DNA of 64,000 nucleotides from Lingula anatina (taxonomy: Eukaryota > Animalia > Brachiopoda). Made by a program: the position numbers and the translations under genes. The notes under the pieces are model-generated. The model made no database searches. It was not told the DNA's origin and saw nothing but the letters and a program-made list of their open reading frames with translations. How positions within the stretch are numbered: position 1 is the first letter of the stretch; each line of letters opens with the position of its first letter. The stretch covers positions 44,832,401-44,896,400 of the forward strand of contig CM120641.1 in NCBI GenBank assembly GCA_051362555.1, read 5' to 3'. Positions 38,501-50,500 of this stretch are shown here, in pieces.

Positions 38501-41500
38501 GAATATATTAGGCATGAGCAAAAAAGGTTGTATGGTTTGTATCATTCACCCTTAAATTTGTCTTTTGATTTCAAAGAAAACAATTTTTAAATAAAAATCG
38601 ACATCTTTCATGTTATTGCTACTGTCATGCCACCTATAGTCAAGTGTGAAGTACAGATGAGGGTGGTGTGGGGGACCCCTACACGTGCCTTGTCTGGTGA
38701 ACTTTCCACATCCACGGACCACTGGAAGGCAAAATAAAGTTCTGATGTTCAGTCAAATACCCAGATTGAAAAAGAAGAAAATAACACACCATCTCAGCGA
38801 AATGACATGTATACTGAATGAACCGTCTTTCTATCAGGGAGTTAAGTGTCCTCGTCAAATTTCTTTTTCAAATATCTGTCTTCATCATTTGGTGCCCCAT
38901 GTGTATAACTTGACCAACTAAACTTCCCTTTCATTTTTTCTTGTTTTAGAATAATCTTTATAAAAAAAACAAAAGAGAAGTTTGACTTCAAGGAGCAATA
39001 CTTAGGACGGCATTTCTTCACTGATTATATGCTTCATACCTGTAATTTGTACAGTCATATAATGTTCTCAACAAAAATAAAAATTGAAAAGGTGTGCAAT
39101 TTTCAAGAAAAAAGCCTAGACTGCAATAAGCCATTCCTCATAGAGCAAAGGCATCAATTCACAGCTAACCAAAGTTTGCAACTGAACATATAACATCTAA
39201 GTAGGATAAATGCCTATTAAAGACCATGCACAAATTTGTTTCTTAATATTTCTATTTGGTGCACTGTCATAAATATGTATAAAAAGACCGTTTCTTATTA
39301 ACAACATTTGAAATTAATATAAATTTTCATGAAAATTGTCATTTCAGATATATTTTTGACTGAAAATCATAATTTAATAAAAAATTGGTTTGGCTCTTTT
39401 TTTCTTTTGTTTTATTTGCCATTTCCTCATTAAATAAATGGGCTCTCCATTGTAATACAAGGCCTACTGTACTGTACTGTTCTTAAGTCATTAATATAAC
39501 ATATGTTTAATAAAAATGTGAAAAACATGGGATTTTCTTATGTAACATTTCCAAAGAGGGAGAAAAATGTTTTATCCAGCAGAGGTATTATAAAAACATG
39601 ATCACAACTTTAGTTGGATAACCACATTAATTAAATTACAGCAACACATTTTAGTAAACAGATAAATAGACTATATAGTAAATAGACCATATATGTGTTT
39701 GTTATCAATAAAAGGATAAGGCTGAGGTAAAAGTGTTAGAAGAAAATAGAAATTAATGATGTTTCAAATATAAACATGAATTGAATTTAGTTACAACAAA
39801 TTAGTTTTAAAGGGACTTTTCACTGAAAAATATATCAAGGAAAACATGTTAATGAATTGTTTTTGAACTGACATTGTAAATCAGTTTGAGGAAGAGCAAG
39901 CAAAATTAGCTGAAAAAAAACATACCAGAGAGCTATTCGCCATTTTTCCAAAGAATAATAGCATAGACTGTACAAAAACACCACAATGACATACTTTTTT
40001 TCTTTTCTTTCATACACATATATTTATATTTTTGTCATATTCATTGCATATCCTATCATTGTGTGAGCAATAAATCCACAATAACACCACATATAAACAC
40101 ACACTTAGTATTTTACCTGTATCAGCTTATCCTTTGCCTGTTGAACCAGCTCTTGCTCCCTGCCTCCAAACAGGTTCAACCCTATAGGTAGAAGCCTCTT
40201 CAAACAGGCCACATTCAAGCTGGTGTAGCTGTCCATCTTTGGCTTGTGCTTCTTCCTGCCAGACTTGGGAACTGTGCTCTCTTGGTCCTGACTCTGGTTG
40301 CCACTGTCTGCTCGCACCACCTGGAGGGATTTTCCTTGCTGACTGGGCATGATTAATGCCATGTTGTCGATCTCGTTCTGGGTGACAAAGTTGTGCTCTT
40401 CTCTCTTGAAAAACTGTTCATTAAAAAAATATTATATAAAACATCCATTAAAATTCTTTCTTAAGTTTTAATTAAAATTAATGAAATTTCAGAAAGAACA
40501 AAATACTTTCAGACTTCAGTAAATTTCAGTCTAGTAGTACAGTAAAACGTACTAATAAGTTTACATTAAAATATATTAGCCAGCAATAAAAAATAGTTTC
40601 TCATGCATTAGTTTTACTTACGGGTGACTTGGTCCAGTAGGTGAAGATTTCAGCAATACATGTGTACAGCTTCTCTGCACCCACTGTGGGGTTTCTAAGC
40701 CAGTGAGACCTGTGCTGGTCCACATACTTGATCAACAGAGGGAAGAAGGCATAGATATCTCGTACCAGGATGTGCATTGCCTGAAATTATAAGAAAAATG
40801 TATATTTGTGATAAAATGTAAATAGTCACTAAAATGATCATTGTCATCAGCATTATTATTATTATTGTTATTACTATTATGGTGTGTAAAATGTAGACAA
40901 TATTAATATCATGGTGAATTTTGTATGTAAAGGCCTAAAAAGCACGGGGGCTTGTATTTAGAGGCTTTTATACTCACAACTTCTGCTTTTTAATCTTATC
41001 ATTATCATTGTTTATATCTGGCATTTAAAGGTTGAAATAATTTAAGTGAACTTGTGTGCTTTGGTCAAGACAACAATAAAATGGACTACTATTCATTATT
41101 CATTGCATTATATTCTGAATATAAAAGTAATAAATCTTTTAAAAATTTAAAATTTCCTGTGAATACATACATCATGTAGCTGTTCTTCAATCTCAGAGTC
41201 TATGTCCTGCTGGTTCCTCTTGATGGCATTGTACTGTTCCTCCAGGAGCTCCACCTTGTGACGGTTATCTGTGATTTTCTCTGCCAGGGGGAGCATGTGC
41301 TCCTCCAGCATCTCCAGGGTGGAGTTAGCAATAATTGGTTGGGTACGTGCTGCAAAAAATGCAATATACAATGGGCCTTTATGTGAATGCATTAAAAGTT
41401 TTATATGTCTGATGGGGTGAAAATAAGAAAACAATATCTTTGTTAATTGGCGCACTAACTGGTATGTTCAAAAGGTCAAAATTCTTTCAGTTTTAAAATT

Positions 41501-44500
41501 CATGTCTCATTCCTCAAGAAAATTCATACATGATACCTAATAACATGATTTTTTTTTCTATTTACCACAAACATTACCTGAGTCTCATGTATATCTGTAA
41601 ACTCACTTTCAATATCAGCATGCAAGCATACCTCTGGCATTTCCCATAACCAGTGACAAAAAGCAAAGTACCTTGCGTTACTGGTTACTGCAAAAGGCAT
41701 GCTGACAGTGGAAGTTTACAAAATTCTCCGAAACTCAGGCTGATACAACCTAACACCAAGTCAGTTTTCTTACTTGCAATCCTGTTCATCCAGGGGGCGT
41801 TAGGTGTCCCCACATTGTTCTTAATCAGCTTCAGCACATTTCCCAGTACCGCATTCATCAGCTGTGCCGTTACCGTGGTAACATGGTTGCTGGAAGAGGT
41901 GTCAAACTGCAAACTGTTTCTTCTGTCAGAGCCATAGTCCTGACTATAATGTTATGACAATTAAAGTAAGCTGTTTCTTGTTTTGAAGTGCTATATTATC
42001 TTTATTTTTCATGCTACAAAAAGTTTCTAGCACCTGCATTTTTGCCACAGAAACTACAGCACAATTAGTTTCCTATCTGTTAATAATTAAAACCATCTTA
42101 TCTTTAGAGGGATGTATAAAAATATAATCTATTTCTCTGACTGAGTTTAACTCTTAACTGACAATAATGAGTTCTAAGAAATTGCCAATGTCAAATATGA
42201 TTTTAAATATTTAAAGCAGCAAATCACTGTCAAAAAAAATAGTTTTGGTCAGAATTATATTCATCTCTACTTCTACCTCTACCAAGGTACAACAAGTGTA
42301 TTTACCCTTCAGTCAAGTTGACATTATCTGGCCCCTGGGACCACCAGAAAGGCAAGTAGCTGAGAGAGAAATAGGATGAGAAATTTAGAAACTGAGAATA
42401 AAATGAAGAAACGTGATAATCAGTAATTTTTACGGCATAAGTACGTAGTGATGTGCCCTATTAATGTGAAGAAAAACATTTGTTTGTCAATCAGAATGTT
42501 TAATATTCAGTGATCAAATTAATTTACAACACGAGTAGACAGGAGACACAAACACATGTATTTACCATATACCCACAGGTAAGAATCTGGATTATTTTTA
42601 AATATTCAGTTATAAAATTGTGCTTTAAAGCACCTTTACTGCACAGATGGACACTTGTCATGATGTGCAAAGAGCTTATATATTAATGGAGAGGTGTTTG
42701 GTTTCTTAAAAGAAACAAATAGGAACAAACATGAAGAGTTGGCTAGCCTGGGCCCCGTATCTCAAAAGCATCATGTATTGCAAATAGGGATATCACATAG
42801 AGGCTACAATGTATTACATGTATATGGGGCGAGTATGAGTTATGGAATCGAGACGCTTGCGCACAGTCGCAATGTGCAATGCTTTCGAGATATGGGGCCC
42901 TGGTTATCTGGGGTGCATCATAGTGATCATTTTGTGGTTTATGTGAAGTTTAAGTAAAAGAGTACCTGCACAGCATGGGCAGAGTGACCTCAATGACGTG
43001 AGGAGCCTCTTGATATTTGCCGCCGGACTCTGCCAGTTCTTCTATCTCAGCAACAATCTTGTCCAGAGTCGGAAGGTTGTCTGCTAGCTGCTTCATGACA
43101 TCTGAGGGAGGAAAAAGAAGGCACACTTTATTTGTAAAACTCTACTGTACATTCCATTTCATTTGATGTTTATTACACATTGCCTTCATTGCAATAAAGA
43201 GCAAAAACAATGTTTATTACAGCTAACACAATAAAGAATACTAGTCAGTCAAAATATTATGGTACATGCAATTAATTTTTTCATACATGTATGTAGTGAA
43301 AAATGTGCTTGCTTGAGTAATTTTGTGCACCTTTTATCCTTTTAAATAAAAAAATGAATCTTTCTAGAAAGTCTCCTGCTGTTACCTTGTGCCTCCAGGG
43401 AGTGTTCAGCTATCCTCTCCTCCGTGATTCCATACAACATGGAGTGTTTATTGTACCTGTTCAGCTGGGGTTCCAGGAACGCCACTGGGAATGTGCTGGC
43501 AAAGGAGGCGATACACTCACCCAGGAGAGGACGATGCCTAGTGGCATATATAGCAAGAGGTTTATTATTTCTCTACCATTTATCAACTACAGATTTCATC
43601 ACAGAGAGCGAGAGAGAGAGGATTGTTTATAAAGATTATTAGATGTCAGCATCAATCCAGAAAGTTTTTTTTTTCAAAGCTGCACACAAAATTACAATGT
43701 GTTCAGAAAGGTGCTAAAAACTTCCCAGTTAAAACTTTTAAAGCTCAAGAAAGTAGACTTTGATTGCAACTTCAAAAAATCCACTTCACAAAGTATTTTC
43801 TTTTAAATTCTGTAGAGTGCAATGCAATTTTATATATTTCATCTATTTATCACCACTATTTCTACTAGATATTATATTCTTTCAGCTCCAGCAGAGGAAA
43901 TTTTAGCCAAATGCTAACCATCTGTCAAAAGTAGAAAATAAAAAGTTGATTTCCTTTGACTACAAAATAAAAGAGAAATCTATGGAAGTGTGTTTAAATG
44001 ATAACTCACTTCATAAGAAGGAAACACAGCCATGATGTCAAAAAATTTGAATGTTTTAGCTCTGGTGTTTTTAAAAGGGAAACAATAAAATAATTCACTC
44101 CCCAAAAAACAAGTTGTCCTTTATCCAATATATGTATTGCAATAATTTAAGAACGGCAAAAACAAATTATCTTAATGTTTAGATTCTTCAATTAAGACAA
44201 AATAAATTGTAATTATAATTGTAATTGCAATGCCATATAAAACTGGACAAATAATGCACAAACACAACCAAGATTTTTCAATCAGTCACAAATACAAAGG
44301 TGTATGGTGCTGTATGCCTTGCAGTTCTTTTGAACAACATTACTGTGAATGCTGTGGTAAAAAGCAGAGGGTAGGGGGGGGGGGTGAACATGAAGCAGGT
44401 GATAGAGTACTATTCTATATTACTGATACAAACAAAACTGTTATAGAACTTCCCAATTCTTTTAACAGCAAATTTGAAACAATAAATCCATTTGTAAAAA

Positions 44501-47500
44501 AAAATTAATGAAGATTCAAATGACACAGTTAACATTTCATTGTTTGTCACCACTTTCTTAAAAAACTGGTCACAAAAAAATCACCACAACTTATTAACTA
44601 GTTAGAAAACTACTGACCAAAACAAAAATTCATTACTGTTTGGAAGTCTTCATTTTCATGATAAAAAGGTTACAAAAAAAATCTCCCAAATATCCAAAAG
44701 GTAGTGATGACAATTGCCAAAACTTGGCCATGCATCCCGTCTGATTAACATTTCAGACATGCAAAATCTTCTGTATAAACTGTAACAATTTGTTCCTGTG
44801 TTCACTGCAGAAGAACAAACCTACAGCATACAAAATGATGCTCAAATCTGTTTTTTTTTAATGATTATTATTAATGCAGGCAAATATTTTCAACTTTCCT
44901 ATGCATAACACATGCCACTGATACCTGTTCATTTCTTCCAGCAAATAGATCCTGTAGGAACATTTCATATTATTTGATAAATTCAAAATTTCATTTGAAT
45001 TAAACATATTTTCAGTCTAAATCAATTGAAATAATATCCAAAAATAAAGACACACCTTCTACTTCTTAGCCAATAAAACATATAGCAAAAATCTCAATAC
45101 ATAATGAAAAGAATAATTCTTGATAAAAAATATTCATTAACTGAAACAGAAAGAATGCCATGAATATAAAACAGACAACACCAATGATCAATTTTTGTAT
45201 AAATTATATAAAAGAATTCTTCTTACCTTTCCACACATGCTGCTGTGCTAGTGCCCAAAGTGTACAAGGCATTGAGGATTTTATAACTGGCAAGCTGCAT
45301 CTCTCCAACTTCAACAATAAAGAAAATCAAAATCATTAATCTTGTAGATATGATACTTTTTCATTTCTCAAACATCCAATACACATGTATTCTCAGTTAA
45401 CTATTTATGTTGATATTTCTTTATAACCTATATGAATATTTGTCTTCATAATATATTTTAGATCTACATAGAATGACACAATGTTCATGAATAAATATGA
45501 TCTATGCCAAGCTGTTGGGAGAGCCTAAAATGGTGAGAGAGGGCTCAAACTTCAACCAAATCCTTTCCAAAAGATCTCCATGGTTGAGATAATTTATCAT
45601 ATCAGAAATATCAGTGTATTTCACAGTCACTCACCCAGCAAGTCTGCTCCATAATTATTAGAACCAAGATGATCAAACATAGAGGACAGCACTGGCAGCA
45701 GCACCATGTGGACATAGTTGAGACTGGTGGCGCCCCTGGAGATGGTTCCTTTCACATGGCTAAATCGCCCACTCTTTATATTGTGGACTACTTGGTACAG
45801 GTCGTCTGCTGCATTGTTGAAAAATGGCAGGAGGGAAGAGCGGACTATCTCTGGGCTGTTCTTCACCACAGATCTAGGTAATGTTTATAGTTTGAAAAAT
45901 GTTTACATTCAATAATGAAGATCAATCTTTAAAAAATTTGGTATCAGAATTTAATTCTGATGTGGGTATAAGAAGACACTTATCTCAAATGCCTCTTTAG
46001 TATGTATTGAAATACCAATACTTTCAATCTAGAATATTGCCTTAAATCCTTAATATCTCTTTTTTAAAGCAATTAACCCCTTAAATCTGTTATGTAACCC
46101 ATAAAAAGAATTTGCAAGGAGTTGTTACATTTTGTTCCACAGCTCAATATGTAATCTAAGTTGGTATTTCAACTCAAACTTTATTTAACATCACAATTTC
46201 AAAATTGGCTGGTCAACATTGAATCACTGTTAAATACTTCTTAACCAACTTCAAATTTTAACTAAGATACAGTAGTTGATCAACTTTGTGTGCCTGCTTG
46301 GTAAAAACTTTTTAAAACTGTCACACATGTAGAACAAAGCTACCTAAGATACAGGACTGAAACTGGCCACTAACCTTGCATCAATAGCGTGAACCAAAAC
46401 CTGCAGACACCTGACTGCTATGTCAACATCATGCCCAAATGCTGTGATCTTCTGCCTCAGAAGGAAGGCAAGCTTGCAAAACAGACTTTGTGAAAAAAAA
46501 AAGAAAGTAACCACACATGTTAATAAGGATATTTCCTTTAAATATATTTTGTTAGTAATATAAAATACAGAAGACAGTTTTTGAAACCCCACAAAATTAA
46601 TTTATATCTGGCTGATCATTATAAAACCATGGTCATGGTATAGTTTATAGTAATGTTATCAACCATTCAGATAACTATTTCGATTGCCTTGCCCCACATC
46701 TTTATGAAAAGGAATTATATAGAAATGGTCACCAGAGGTCAAAGGTCAACCACTCACCTTGCTGTCATTTCTTTCTCCTTGACAGAGGCCATGCCAACAC
46801 TGGCCTGTGGCATCCCTGGGGCTGCTATGAAGTACACTTTGTGGGCACGGAAATACTTCTCCACCAATGGGAGGACCACCTGAAGGAATTTCAAAAATAA
46901 ATTTTGAACCACATGGTTTTGATTCATTGTGCCAAATATGTCTTGCCTTGGCAAAATCCTAAAATACAATTCTTCTCTGGGTAGAGCTTCTCTTTGGATG
47001 ACTAATAAAATTGACACATAAAAACATTTCAATATTTTCAATGATCCATATTTTGATCAATATAACAAAAAATTAAATCTTTAATTAGACTGATTTTTTT
47101 CTCAACTAACATTGTTGGCCATGTGCATGACAGCTGTATGTTTTACCTTGGCTTCAAAAGTGCTCTTTGAAGGAAAAAGACAAGCTCAAACTTAGAAACA
47201 ATAAATCAAAGCTTTCTCAAGAGGGTTAATTACCTTTCCAAAGAATTTAACATCTTCAGTTGCCATGGTGTAACTTTCTCTCCTACTATAACGGCTACTT
47301 GGTTTCAGGGTATTCAGGTTCACAGCAGCCTTATCCACATATTCCAGTAGCTTCTCAAGCAGGGAGTAAGCAAATCTTTTTTCTGTTGCCGAGACGCCCA
47401 CTCCACTGTCTGCCTCCGAGTCCTTACTTTGTCTGGAATTAGACACAGTCCTGGGGCCCGCTACGCTCATTTTCCTATTGTCAGCCATGTCGTTGCTACT

Positions 47501-50500
47501 GAGTACCAAGTTTGTACCCGATGGGTAAAAGGGGAGAAGGAAAGTGATTGGGGACAGGAAAGGAAAGAGAGAGGAAGAAAGAAAGAAAAAAGTGTGTTAG
47601 CCATTGAAACCTATTCCCCAACGACAAAAATCAATTGTAAGGAGAACATAAGAAAACCTTTGTACACCTAGCCTATATAAATTAACAAAAACTTTCAAGA
47701 TATGTGCCTTTTTATGTTATTTCTAAAATGGGATAAAAAAATAATAAGCATCTTTCATTTTCTGTGGCACTTACATCTAAAGATAGTTAAGTCATATGCA
47801 TTTCTAAAATCTGTAACAAATCAAAACAGGAATGCTAGATTACTAACATTACTCAAGTTTACTGAAATCATGGATAGCCTTTATTTTCTAGTTCTGGGCA
47901 TGCTGATTCAATTTTTTGTTAGCTTTGAATAAAACTACATTATGTTAAAACAAGCACAAGATGCAGACCAAATGCACTATTTTAAATCAGTCAATCCATG
48001 CAAAGTTAACCAAAATCTATACCATCTTTATACAGTAAAATTCATTTGATTTTTCTTATATTTAAAAATATGTTCACAAAAACATATAAGCGCTCATCAA
48101 ACATTTTCAAAATGGATTCATTTCATTCCAAATCTTTCAAAGCACATGAATGCAGGCAGTATCATGATAATTTTAGGTGTCCACTCTAAATCCAACTATT
48201 ATCATATCACAACTCCTGCCAAAAATATAAAAGGCAAACATGAATTTGAAAGCATAACAACCCTTTACTTCCTTCACTTCAAGACAGCAGGAAGCAAGGA
48301 AGATGAAGAGAAAGATGAGAAAGAAGAAATCGGGTCACACTCAAAAATAATGGTACAGGTAGCACAAAGCTGTGACAATAGCCCTCGAGGTGGTTTCAAA
48401 AAGGACTAATAAACAAAAATGTATCTTTTAAAAGCCTTAACTTTTCAGTCTTATTTCACTCAATAGAAATAAAAAGTCAATGAAATATTATGCCTGTTTG
48501 CCATATACAAAAAAGTCCCATGGTTATCTTATTTGTGTGTACTACTACATGTATAACTTGAGTCTGAATCAAAAAGACCAAATGTTTCAGACTTAAAAGT
48601 ATTCACATACATACATATTCCAAATTGTTCCCCTAATGTGAGATGCATATTAAGTTTTACTCAATATGCATTTATAAATTCGACACTGAAACCTATTTAG
48701 ACACTAATATAAATGAATGAGCACACACCACACATAAACTCACCAACACCATGCAAAATGGTAAAATATATGTTTAGTGTACATATGTAAGTGGAAAATT
48801 CTCATACATACAACTGCAGAAAAAAAGAGTTTTTAGTGAGTTAGTTCTGCATGTTTGTAATGCTTCCGAAATTGAGCATTAATTAACTTCAGAAAATGTT
48901 GTTTATAAAAAGGTTCAATTGTGTATATCCCATCTGATCATCTTATTAATGGTAGATTGCTTAAATCCCTTTCAATAACTTAATGTTTATTTTATCAACT
49001 GCACCATCTTTGGGCTAATATAAGCTAGATAAAATATGTCCTCTGATCAAAATGACAAAATCAAAGATTCTATTACATTAAGCAAATTTTGAAGTATATC
49101 CTAAAAATAACCACGTAATTTGGTAAAATTTGGCCAAAATTTGGTTTTGGTAAAATTTGGTAACTATTCACATAATACCATTACTCTCTCGCTCAAGATG
49201 CTAGAAATCATGCATATCGCCAATATAAATGAACAATGATGCCATATACAATAAGTTAATCAAATGCCCATAAATTTAAACATGATCACAATTATGACTT
49301 AAATAATCGTGGCAAACATCAGGCGATAAGATGTTAAGGGATCTTGGATATTAACGAAAAAGTCCAAAACTAATGCAGCTAATGAAATTTCCTATTAACT
49401 TAAAGAAAAGGTCTAGCAAGCCAAACAATTTTTCAAAGTTTGTAGTCACAGTGTAACACGAGTGACGTAATATCAGCGTTTTGAGGCTAAAATTGTCTTT
49501 TTTTTAATCAAGAATTTCTCTTAAACAAAAAGCCCTATTAATACGATTGAAATAGCTATCTAAAGGTTAGCACAAACTCCATTAAACTCTGTCAGGATTT
49601 TCTCTTTTTATTTTTACTTTTGATTTTATTTTGATAAAACGTGAATTTTACGAAATATATATGGACCTTCCAATTTCAGTATTAATAACTTCAAAAATAA
49701 AAGGTCAATCCAAAAACCAAGACTCAGACGACTAGATATTATACTGAAACAGAGACACATCAAATTTCATGTCAATCTGACAGTTACAGAATGAGATATG
49801 GGGATTGAAGTTTAGACTATGTTATCAATCTTCAAAGCTGAGAAATCGCTCCTAAACCATTTTGCTCAGGTAATTGGGCTATTTAAGCAAAATAATTGCA
49901 CCTCCACCTTACCTGTTATCATCTTGTTGATCGGGAAGGTCTATACACCATTACGTGTTAAAATTGGGTTGTTTGTTTCTATCTAGATGCCAGAAAATCT
50001 TACTTTTGTACGCAAACTTATTCGTACCACGAAAGTCGCTCTTCCCTGGGAAATGATTGACAGCTGAGTAGGTCTGCCTACTCTCGTTTCACTGACGTAA
50101 TTAATCATAATTGTGCCTGACGCAGTAGGAGTCTGTGCACTGTCTAGGAAGTGTCTAAGGAAGCGCTTACAAACAAAAAGAGGATTACTTGGTGTGCCAG
50201 CAGAGGACAATGCCACCCGTCGTGCGTGGGCGCCGCTCTACACACCAAGACGCGAAAATTGAGAAAGTAAAGCAAGATTTACTCCGAGAAATGGCCGAAT
50301 GTGGGTACGTATATGCCATGATGCCACAGAGTGCCAAGACCGTAATATGCGAATTTGAAAATGTTTTGGGTGGCAATATTACTTTAAAACTTGCTTGCTA
50401 TTACAATCTTTATTGTGCATAAAATGATTGCCTAACGATTTTTTTCTGACAACCCTAGACGTTGTACGAATACTCAGCAGTTCAAGTGTGATCTCGAGTC

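Noticed and set aside
48146-48409. Plus ORF with an acidic [10 protein letters not shown] run
   Set aside because: It is the complement of a minus-strand pyrimidine tract; no gene context.
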